Positions 54,101-64,000 of a stretch of 64,000 bases of DNA are shown piece by piece (the first letter of the stretch is position 1; the number at the start of each line of letters is the position of its first letter). A program made the position numbers and the translations under genes. Under the pieces are notes generated by a model. It saw only the letters and a list, made by a program, of their open reading frames with translations. It was not told where the DNA came from and searched no databases. Source of the stretch: Paragordius varius (Eukaryota; Animalia; Nematomorpha); contig OZ176051.1 in the NCBI GenBank assembly GCA_964247055.1, positions 13,640,001 to 13,704,000 of the forward strand. The letters are read 5' to 3'.

Positions 54101-57100
54101 ATTATTTTTAATTATAGTTTATTTTCATATAAAGCCATTGAATATATATTTAATCAAGTTAATGATAAAATAAAAAAAGTCTTATCTTAAGCACTTAAAT
54201 TGATTGAAAATCTGTGTTAATTAAATGAATCTAAGGAAGAACAAATTTCGCAAAATAAAATTTATTGGATTAATTTTAATCTCTTTTATATTTTGTATTA
54301 CTCGCTCTCTTTATTTCAAAACTTTGCACAATTAAATTGAATTCTACAATAATTATTATTCTTTGATTCTTACCCAAAATACTATAATAAAACATGGTAA
54401 TAATGAATAAAAAACAAATGATTCCTAAAAAGTGTCTTATATTAGAATTGGTTAATTTATTTAAAAAATATATTAAAATTGAAAAAATCGCGTTATTTTA
54501 GTTTTTTTGTGTCTATTATTTGCTCATCATACCTCGATATATTTAAAATGACTATCCCTTGAAGAGATGGAAGCGGGATCCGGATCCCATCGCATTCTAG
54601 TTGAACTTTTTGTTCCAAATTTTTGAAGGTATTCTGTAAGAGTTCTTTAGTTCCCAATAAACCATACCACATAATGTTCCGGGTTCGACTATTATAAAAT
54701 ATGTTGTAAGCAAGAGATATGGAAAATACTAATATGGTTACCCTATTTTTATGAGAAAAATGAACGCACAAAATAAGATATTGGGAAAATGGCTGTCTAT
54801 TTTATTTTAAGGAATATCATTGAGTCTATCATTAATCTTCATAGATTAAAAAGGCCTTTAAGTGCAAAGAGACCTGCAAGACGCTTTTCTCTATTATAAC
54901 ATGGGTAATGAAAATGGCAGAGTACAAAAATTAATTTTCACAAAAAAAGGTAAAAAAGTTACGAAACAGTTCGCTAAAAAATGAATGTATGGGATAAAAA
55001 ACATATTTGTTAACCTTGATTTTTCTGGATGTCCTTCCCTTTTATTGTGAAAATCCAGAGATATTTTGGCATCCAAACCAATCCCGAAATAATTATTCAT
55101 AATACACTTTTCTCGCATGATGTGCCTAAAAATTATAAGTAAAACGAAATTTTCACAACGATTTATCGATATAACCTATATTTAATGCAAAATTTCATTT
55201 TTACTAATTGCCCTTTTATCATTTCAATCCAATTTTGGCAATGACAAACATTAGTTAATAAAGATTGATTTAAGCGGAAAAGGGTGTATAACCTAAAGGA
55301 AAAATAAGTAAAAAACAAAGAAGCAAAATCTCTAAAAGAATACAATGGGTATGTTTCCACATAGTTACACAAAGGAAGGGCTGGTGCGCATAAGGCATCC
55401 ACATTGGCCATCAAAACTTGTCCGATTAGGTTCCCGTGAAATACCGAGGATAAATTTTCATTAACAGCTATGTAATAAATGTTTTTTTCTTAAAATTTGT
55501 AAAACCCAAACATCTTTTTGACACAAAAGAGCCACTTGCAATTTTAAAATAAAGGACTGAAATAATTTAATAAAGCACTTTATTAGCTACCTAATAATTT
55601 TCAAACCATAATCATATATTGATATTTTTAAAAACTAATTATAACTTTATAACCAATTGTTGACTATGTCTGTTTAATCGCAACATTTTATCAAGATCAA
55701 GCCCTTACTTTATAAAACAAACACAATATATTTTCATACTTACAAATGGTAATATATAAGTAATCACAATATGCCTTACCAGTATAATTGATACGGGGGA
55801 TATCCAAATTACTCGTACTGTTAGCCGTTCCACTCAAATCGCTTTTACTATCATCAACTAGACATTTATAATGGCCCTTTTTGTAAGTTCTACTAGCAGT
55901 TGATCCCTGTTTAAAATCCTTACTGGCAAGATTAAAAAATCGTGTAAGGGAGTCACGTGCACGCGGTGTTGTTGCTACTGTTGTTGAAGAGGTTTCACTA
56001 AATTTGCGACGTTGGCGAAGACGTTCATCCTTTTTTGTTTGGGGTTGCGGGGTCGTTGATCGATACAGGGAATTGAAAAACAGCCCTGGATAGCCAGAAA
56101 GAATGGAAGATTTACGGGAAACTGAGGCACTGCGAATTTGTTGGCTATGCAAAAGTGGAGGGCTTATTACATCATTGCGATTCTCTATACCACCACTGGG
56201 CTCTGATAATTAAAATATATTACAACATATAAACAACAATGTAATGATTAGGGTTAGCTTGATTTTTGAGCGGCTTATAATTTAACCCTTCTGCCCGTTT
56301 ATATGTGACCTCATTGGTGGGATTATAAACAATCATCATTATTGGCATATAGTAATAGACATGTTTCCAAATATATTGAAATTTATTTACAAAATTTCAC
56401 ATTTTTATTAATTCCAGTTTATACCATTACTTCATATCAAATGTAATATTCTAAATAGATGTTTGCTAGAACGTTTAATCGTTAAAAAGCGGCAAACCGC
56501 TGTAAAAATGATTAAGAATTACTTGTTTAATATTAGAGACTTAATATAAATGTATGGCGCTATTCCTAATTATGAATGTTCTTTTACACTTTATATGGTC
56601 ATTTAATTTGCATTTTTCATACGTTTAAATTTTTATTAGGAATATTAAATAATAATTATATTTTAAATATAATTCTACAATTTATATAAATATATTTCCA
56701 TATTAATAAAATAAAGATTATAGAGCAATAGCTTTTTTATCAAATAAATATATTTATATCCATAAAATAAATTAAATCAAGACCAAAATATAAATAGAGT
56801 TATTTTGAAAAATCCATGAGTCATGTCATAATAGTTTTGTAAATCTATTGGGCAGTTGGATAGCATTCGTTACAAAAAGATAATCCTATAGCCTTTATAT
56901 TATATTCACAACCAAATAAAAAATAAAATAGCATAACAACCTACCCATATTGTCTACTTTTATTGATGTAGCAGACACAGGATTCTCAGGACACAAAATA
57001 TTTCGCTTGGCATCCAGCGAATTTTTAGACTTAGAGTACACATGATAATCGCCATCGCTCTGTGTGGTATCTGGCTCAGTCAGATTACTTCTATTGACTT

Positions 57101-57119
57101 TTTCCAGTTCCGCTAATTT
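45128..57119 (-). CDS. DGKH/DGKD: Type II diacylglycerol kinase (delta/eta), linker + accessory domain + SAM. Exons: 56945-57119, 55780-56202, 55344-55467, 55176-55292, 55015-55125, 54533-54688, 53893-54042, 53088-53379, 51048-51172, 50256-50411, 49495-49615, 48827-48922, 48644-48751, 47307-47409, 45830-45975, 45128-45196
   Basis: [105 protein letters not shown], and [40 protein letters not shown]. All junctions are GT-AG and phase-compatible. The non-conserved linker exons are less certain than the domain exons. Confidence 0.92.
45575..45658. mobile_element. Solo hAT-like end with AACCGGTT subterminal repeats in the last DGK intron
   Basis: Three aaccggtt repeats ending aaccggttcgaagccctg (reverse complement CAGGGCTTCGAACCGGTT); no partner end found. 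Confidence 0.45.
46476..46818. mobile_element. Foldback MITE with ~21-bp subterminal repeats (same family as 2366-2625)
   Basis: ccatttacaattaaaattcaccct, repeated aattcaaat(t/c)caccct and inverted agggtaaatttgaatt units; identical core tatgtgtttt.gaactaatataactcatt. Confidence 0.65.
51202..52341. mobile_element. Foldback MITE family M3 in a DGK intron
   Basis: Left end ctatgagcataaaagagggtt matches the inverted right end of the 18060 copy; right end ttttgcacaca; arms homologous throughout. Confidence 0.78.
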
Positions 57120-57975
57120 CTGCCGTATAATAAATTGTTTTTACCGTAAAATTTAGAAAGATAAGGACGTAGTAATACAGTACTTTTTGGGCCCAGAGCA
57201 CAAAGGCCAAAAAATTATATTCATCAGATACAGTAATTGTTTAAATTTAATATTGACCAATATTTTTCATATATTCATGACAATTTTTGTTTTGTTTGAA
57301 AGCCTCGGTGGTATATCAATAATTACAGGTACATAAATATTTTGTATTTATTAGTAATTTTCACAAAAAAAACGGAACACAAAAACGCATAATTTATTGT
57401 GGATAACGCGTGTCCCCCTAATTTTTTTACTTTCATCGTTTTTAAAGTTAAATGTTCATTAAAACTAAAAAAAACATCGTTTATAATTGTATTAAACCTT
57501 TTTTCCTATTTTTGAATTTTATTAACTTTTGATTTTTTTTAAAATGATTTTCAAATGATAGAATAAATAAAAATTAGTTTTGTTTTCCTATTTATTCAAG
57601 TAATTAAAGTCCAAATAAAAAAATATTTATTTAAGGTATCAAAAGTTTTCAAAAAACTATAATCTACAGATTATCACTTTTTTGTTGAAAAAACATTTTA
57701 TTTTTTTTATCAAATCGATATGAATAAGAGTTGTTAATATGGGGACAAACCTGTGTTTAACACACTAATTGTATTGCTATATTCGGATCTTAATATATGA
57801 TTGGCAATCATTTTCAAATATTTTATGTTATATTATAACACAATTTTTAGTTTAAAAATATATAAAACCGTTGCTTTGGTTTTAAACGTTAATTTCAGTT
57901 TCTTCATTATAATTGATTTTTTTTAATTTTTTTATTGAATAGACACAAAAACGTAAGGTATATCTTTTATTTTAT

Positions 57976-57977
<2 letters not shown>

Positions 57978-58008
<31 letters not shown>
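57978..58008. repeat. (TA)n microsatellite
   Basis: Pure TA run read directly from the sequence. Confidence 0.9.
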
Positions 58009-58012
<4 letters not shown>

Positions 58013-58018
58013 AGATAC

Positions 58019-61000
58019 CTTTTGCAGATAATAATTTTGGTAATTGTATCGGCGTGTTAAACCTACACATATTCAAACATAAAAATAATTGAAATCTAAA
58101 ATTCCAGATTGATTTTAATAAATATTTAAAATAAACCCTTTTCAATCGGCACATTATGTTCCGAGGCAAAACTGCTATGACGGGAAGGAGTTAAAGACAT
58201 TGAAGATAAAGAATATCGATTAGAGGTTTCATCTAAAATTATATTTTATATAATAAGGCAGGAATATATATATATCAATTTATTTGCAATGAAAACCATA
58301 TATTGCATCATTTTTATTTTTAACCTGAGATAAGTTAGGGTTTAGATTAATATATTATTATAAACCTCTATTTTATAAATTTACATAAAAATGTAATTAA
58401 GCATGTGAAGAGTACTCAAACATTTTGAACACCATATGTAATAAAACTTTTTTACTCAAATATATACCCTTTAAATTGACTTTTGACAATTCAAATTTAT
58501 CCTTAAACAATTCAAATTTACCCCTGACAAATCTCTATAACAGGATAATATAAATCATCATTATATGAAATAATTTTTTAAATATATGTAATTTGATATT
58601 TAAAACACCAATTTAATTAGGTTGAATATGAAATGTTCAAGGGCAAAGTAGCATTGTATAAGGAATCTGAATCACGGTGCATTTAAGGTGGAAATGGTAT
58701 ACTTGATATCCGAAAATTGGGGTGTTTATAATCATCTAGATTTACGTATTTACAATGCGTCAAAACTCGGGGATGCAAAGTTTTGTGTCCTGAAAGGAAG
58801 GATGGCAAAGGCACCGCTCATCTGTGGCTTGGATTGGACAATTTTTTAAACCTGATAAAATTCTCGTGAATTTCCCCAATCTATTAAAGGAGAATTAGGC
58901 CGTTACAATAAGCCGGTAAAAATCATATAGAACGCCTCCCCTTTGGCTATGTCGAGTGATGTTTCCATTAGAACTAAAGTTATACAATTGGTAAGACTGC
59001 AGAAGTTAGACATTTTCAAACCAGCCAATCTCAGCTTACATGGGCCACGCCAAGGGTCAACGTACAGAGCTGAGAATCTATAGCGACTTGAGAGTCACAT
59101 ATGGCTGAAGGAGGACTCTCACCTGATCCCATTGCTGATTTGGTATGTAAGATTGGCAAAGGACAATCTTTCACTAAGATTGATTTAAAGACGCCTACTC
59201 CAAATACCGATATCTAAAGAGTCACAGCACCTTCTGACAATTTCAGCTCACAAAGGATTCGCTATAAAAGGGTGCCGTTCTGAGTAACAGCACCATAATA
59301 CAGCTAGTTATGGAACATGTAATAAATGACTGTCCCGGCACTTAAGCATATCAAGATGATGTTTTAGTAACTGGCAAATCTTAAGAGGAGGAACATGTAA
59401 AGAATTTTAACAATGTTTATCGGTTAGAAATGGCAGGTTTTGAGTTAAAGATAAATTTAAACCTTTAGTAAATTATCTGGGATTTGAAATAAGTAATTAA
59501 GATATATGTATATATAAAAATAAAATAAATGCATTAAACAAGGTCTCAATTGGTTGTAAATGATATATAGTTTAACCAGTAACGTTTTATGGAACTGGTC
59601 GGAAAAATACTTGAAAAGTTGGAAAGCAGCAAAGGAAATGTTAAATGATAAGTGTATTTAACACAATATAACCCGGATATATAAGTTAATAAATGAAACC
59701 GATGCCTCAGACATAGGGTTTGGAAGTATTATAAGTCAAGTGGTAAATGGTAAAAGACAACCTATTGTCTATGATTCCTTAAAGTGTAGTTCCCGCAGAA
59801 CTACTCATGATAAAAAGGGCCTTAAAGGCTATTGTTGGCATTACAAAGGTTTCGTAACTACGTCTATGGTAGAAGGTTGTAAATCCTGACAGACCCCTTA
59901 CCACTGGTTAGGTTGATTCATAGGGATAGTTTGAAGGAAATTTATGAGAAAATATAGATTAACAGAATCAATGATTACGATTTTAAATCAATCAGGCGGA
60001 TTCAAAATATAGAAAATATTACTTGTCGAGGATTATGTTGACACAATCAATATATATTACATCGTAACGAGACATCTAAGGTTTCTAAACTGTCATAATG
60101 TTCTAAGTCGCGATGAAATTCGGAGAGAAACAGTTAAAGATAAATTTTGCAAAATGTAATCAAGGTGATTCATAATCAAGAGGTCAACGAACCAGAAAGG
60201 AGAAATTGCGTATCAATAAGGGTGGTTAATTTTAAATGATCGAATAAAAGTTTGCAGGCGAGTGTGGTAAGTTACACAGCTGTCATAGTAACGTAGCTAT
60301 GAAAGGAATGGCCAGAATGTTTTTGGCCACAGTTAGATAATGACTTGGTAAGAAAATATAGTGATATAGGTCTAAAACTAGCCAAATCTATGTGAAAATC
60401 CCAACCACCAATGAAATCCTAATGCTGTAATTTGGAAACACACACACGCTGACATTGATATCGCTGGTCCGGTTGATGGCTATTGTTGGATGTTGCTTAT
60501 TGACAGCGCATCAAGGTCGGAAGGTTCCATGTTAAAAAAAGTGACTATGGTAAACGTATTTCATAAAGTCGAAGCCTTTGCCAGGTTTGGGTTTCCGAGA
60601 ATGGTAATAAGCGACAACACTTCATATTTTAACAATTCTTACTTTACGTCAAATCTGACGAATTTGGGCAATTTGGGTAACCCCCTTATAATCCTAAAAA
60701 TAGGGTGATAGAAAGGGTGGGAACTCTAGAAAGCAAGAAAAAAATTAAAATTATGTTATTAAACCCCAGACCTAAAATACTTCCTTATGGTCTCACCGAA
60801 ATTCAATCCACTCTGCTGCCACTAAATAACCCCTTCCAATTGCTTTCAAACGAGTACCACGAACACCAAAACAACCGCCTTAGACGCAGCAAGTACACGT
60901 CGTATTACAATAGATCAACGAGTAATGATTAAGAACAACATGGTCCCGGATGGAAAGAAAGCGATGTAGTTGACAGAACCGGCCTTCTACCATACAGCGT

Positions 61001-63190
61001 ATAGGATCAGGATACAATAAGAATTTCAAAAAGCATGCAGATCAAATGATACACTTCGTCACACCGCCAACTCGAATAAACCTTTAAATATTTTTTATTC
61101 GATTATACTAATAAATTTGGTTTGATTTGACTTTAATAATTTTATTTTACATAATGCGCGCTAATTATGCAACTTTTCGATATGAAGCAAATACTACTAA
61201 AGCGAAAATAACTCTAATTGACTTTACGCCCCAAATCAAAAGCCATTTAATCCTTATAGTTTATCTGTCACCAATATTTTGGGGATTTTGCGAAAATTAA
61301 CCATATATGGGCCTTTTACAGACATTTTTTTGTGTATCTATGGTTTAATCCCATTTTAAGGCGTATAGATTCTGAGTCCACACAATTTTCGAGGTAAAAA
61401 ATTACACCTTAGTGCTTTTAATTTAATAAAAATAATATTAATTAATGTATTTGGTTAATTTACCATAAAGCTTATTAGACATGTCTCGCTGGTTAGGTGA
61501 TGAGTGTTCCTGATGTGTTCTTGTTAGAGCACCATTCTGGGGATTGTATGAAGAGGCCAACATAGCAGCTATATTTCCTTGTTGTACAGTCATGTACAGA
61601 ATCCCGGATCTCAATGTTTTAGGAGAAAATCGTCCAGAAATTTTTGGTCCCATTAAAGGTGATAATCTATCAAATTATGAAAGTAGGATAATCAAACATG
61701 ATAGAATACTGTAATTCCGAGAGGGCGCCCTCATGCCGACTTTTATTATTATAAAACACTTGGCTCAAAATCCGTATCATTAATCCCTTTTTTATAAATT
61801 TAAATTATATATCTTTTCACTTATTTTGTCCAAAAAGCATGTATGGGAAACTTAAAGACAACTAAAAAATTGGATTTTTAAAAATCTGAAAAGTGCCCGA
61901 TCATTGGCAAGAAAATTATATGGATACTGTTTATGCTCATGGGGTTTATAAATAGAGTTTAAGACAAGGGTTTCCAACATGCGGCCTGAGGGCCGTATAC
62001 GACCCTTTAAAAATTAAAAAACCAAATAAATACAAAATTAAATAAATTTTAAATTCATATCATTACATAAATATATTATATTTTTATAATGTTTTATTCA
62101 GAATAACTCTATCTTATTTGGTTATTTTAAAGCCGCCAAATATAAATTCATTTAAAATATACAAGACTTTTAAGGTAAAAATTATCATATTTTCAAAATA
62201 TAGACCAAAACCTCAAAAATAAGTTGATTTAAATGTTCTTGTTGAAACATAACTTCTTGATTTCTAAAAATTTAGGCAAATCTGAATATATTTTTCCAAA
62301 ATTGCCAACTGAAATGAGAATTAAATAGGAGAAATGTTATGGTGGTTATTTTTACAGTCGCGCGTGATAGATATATAAGAAAATATTTATCATTTGTTAC
62401 ATTTTTTACAACGTCTGCGAGGCCATTTGTGTTGGACACCTCTGATTTAAAACGAAAATTTTCACAATCCAAAAAAATTAAGGTACCATTGCACTAAGGA
62501 GCGTAAATTTAAACTGAATTTGTTTTTCAGAAAATTATATATAGAAATGGTTAAAAGTATAATGGAGTAATATATATAATAAAATAAGTTTGTGTTTGAA
62601 AGTTTAGACATTCAATGATAAGCGTTAAAAATACGAAATTAGTATATTTTAGGAACCTTATTTTATTTTGCTTACGTTTAGATTTAAAATACATATAGTT
62701 ATATTTTTATATGATCCATTTTACAATGAGCAAGGCCCTACAAAGCGGGAATATTTTTGCCCCCTTACCGAATAAACCTAAAAAACCTATATATTTTGTC
62801 TGTTCTTATATTTGGAAAAATATTGTTAAAAAATTAATTTTTTGTTCTGTCATTACACAGATATACAGGGTTCAATAAAGTTTTTCAATGTTGTTCGCCA
62901 CAATCGTAAAAAATAATTATTTAATTTTTTTAAGCTCATTTTTGCAAAATTGCTTCCATGCCAATTATTTTTTTGATAAACTAAAGATATTGATACCTAA
63001 AAGGGTTATGATATTTATTCCAAATTTTCCCGATACTTGAGCTAAACGAGGTACGGCGTGTTTTTGATTCCGAATTGAAAGAATGGTTAATATTTTGTGA
63101 ATCTTTAAATTTGTCCTGTTGATATGGATTTAAACTATGAGATCGTATTCTATGAATTTGGGATAGTAGAGATTTAGAATTAATAAGATT
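58019..63190 (-). CDS. Putative upstream DGK linker exons (~62997-63190, 61464-61666, 58019-58062)
   Basis: Open frames with GT donors whose phases chain (2, 2-1, 1-0) into the 57119 exon. Sequence is low-complexity with no conserved motif, and I found no acceptor for the 63-kb exon. Confidence 0.35.
58690..61080 (+). mobile_element. Highly decayed Gypsy/Ty3 LTR-retrotransposon pol (protease-RT-RNaseH-integrase) in a DGK intron; no LTRs seen
   Basis: Frameshifted motifs FTKIDLK..., RYKRVPF, AYQDDVLVTG (RT); ETDASDIGFGSIISQ (RNaseH); DIAGP, FARFGFPRMVISDN (integrase), in Gypsy order. Confidence 0.85.
61965..62444. mobile_element. hAT (Buster-type) MITE, same family as 2149-2707, reversed
   Basis: caagggtttccaacatgcggcc ... 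ggccatttgtgttggacacctctg; degenerate 8-bp TSD GTTTAAGA/ATTTAAAA with central TA. Confidence 0.65.
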
Positions 63191-63638
63191 TATTTAAAAC
63201 TAAATATAAAAAATATTAAATCTCTGGGGTTTTATAAAAAATAGATACCATGTTTAAGTTTAAATTTTAAAATATTCTTACTCTCTATCTTTGTTGTTAA
63301 AAACCAAATTATCGGTATTGGACACAGATCTATTAGTTTTCACGTTCTGGGGTATATTGAGCTTATTTGTATCTACAAAAAAATATTTAATTTTTTTCCG
63401 CGTTAAATTTATCATGAATACCAATGGTACCAAACAGCGGCCTGCGGGCCGCATGCGGCCCTAAGACTACTTTAAAATTGTCATAAGACCATATTGATAC
63501 TTAAATTATTTTTTATTGGTGAATTTTTTAAATATTAAACGATTTTCGCTTATATTAATATTAATTTTTCTAGAGATTTAATTTTGATATTTTTGCTTTT
63601 TACCTAATTTGAAGTGTAGAAAAATTTCCCTACATTAA

Positions 63639-64000
63639 CACTTCGATTCAAATTGGGTATCCAAATACGCCAGACTATTTCTAAGTTAAAAAACTACTGA
63701 AAGAAACGAGCCCAATTTAAATATAGCTTCTATCCTAATAAAAATTGTATAAATAAGCCGAAAACAAAATTTAGTTTTGAAAAAAAAGTTCCATATCAAA
63801 CTACTTCGACTTTTTATTTTACAACATTTTTGCAAAATATAATGTTTATATAATTTTTAAGCTAAAATTAAAGCTACTTTTTCATTTAAATCACTCCTAA
63901 TATTGATGGAAACAGAAAAAGTGGTTTATTTAGTATTATTATTAAATTTAGCAAATGATGTAATGTTGACTAATTTTTACCTTGAGGGTTTACCTTAAAA
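63639..64000 (+). mobile_element. Family P piggyBac-like MITE, truncated by the window end
   Basis: ttaa|cacttcgattcaaattgggtatccaaatacgccagact and the family core. Confidence 0.8.

Noticed and set aside
57120-57144. Second ultra-short (25-nt) GT-AG intron upstream of DGK exon 57119
   Set aside because: The would-be upstream exon has an in-frame stop with no acceptor and no DGK similarity.
62272-62472. 66-aa minus-strand ORF as a DGK exon
   Set aside because: It overlaps the terminal repeat of the hAT MITE (61965-62444), and its phases do not fit the neighbouring exons.
62981-62996. 16-nt GT-AG candidate intron
   Set aside because: Removing it leads to a stop within five codons; probably chance.
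1-64000. Assignment to a specific taxon, or a non-standard genetic code
   Set aside because: Conserved exons translate cleanly with the standard code. AT-richness and short introns fit several lineages, so phylogenetic analysis is needed.

Overview
Very AT-rich eukaryotic (metazoan-like) genomic DNA with spliceosomal GT-AG introns and dense transposon debris; it is not prokaryotic. I found no rRNA, tRNA or CRISPR. Genes reconstructed by hand: (1) an unknown low-complexity protein on the minus strand (phase-consistent exons 9441-9752, 2883-3267, 1264-1859); (2) TIMM10 (28348-28640), split by a 23-nt intron; (3) a divergent heparan-sulfate 6-O-sulfotransferase-like gene (30446-39840, 3 exons, 7.9-kb first intron); (4) the C-terminal part of a type II diacylglycerol kinase (delta/eta; accessory domain to SAM domain, minus strand, 45128 to beyond 57119), whose N-terminus lies past the window edge. 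Mobile DNA: two RTE LINEs with (CAA)n tails and 10-bp TSDs, two related non-autonomous Helitrons, a 3.2-kb hAT (Blackjack-type ends, perfect 8-bp TSD), Buster-type hAT MITEs, a cluster of TTAA piggyBac-like MITEs (one nested in its own family), several TA-flanked MITE/foldback families and a decayed Gypsy pol. Most notable: the 23-nt intron alongside kb-sized introns, a hAT carrying an inverted decayed copy of its own transposase (a potential self-silencing hairpin), and a 49-aa insertion in the DGK accessory domain. All gene models and alignments were made by eye, and the taxon cannot be assigned from this window.
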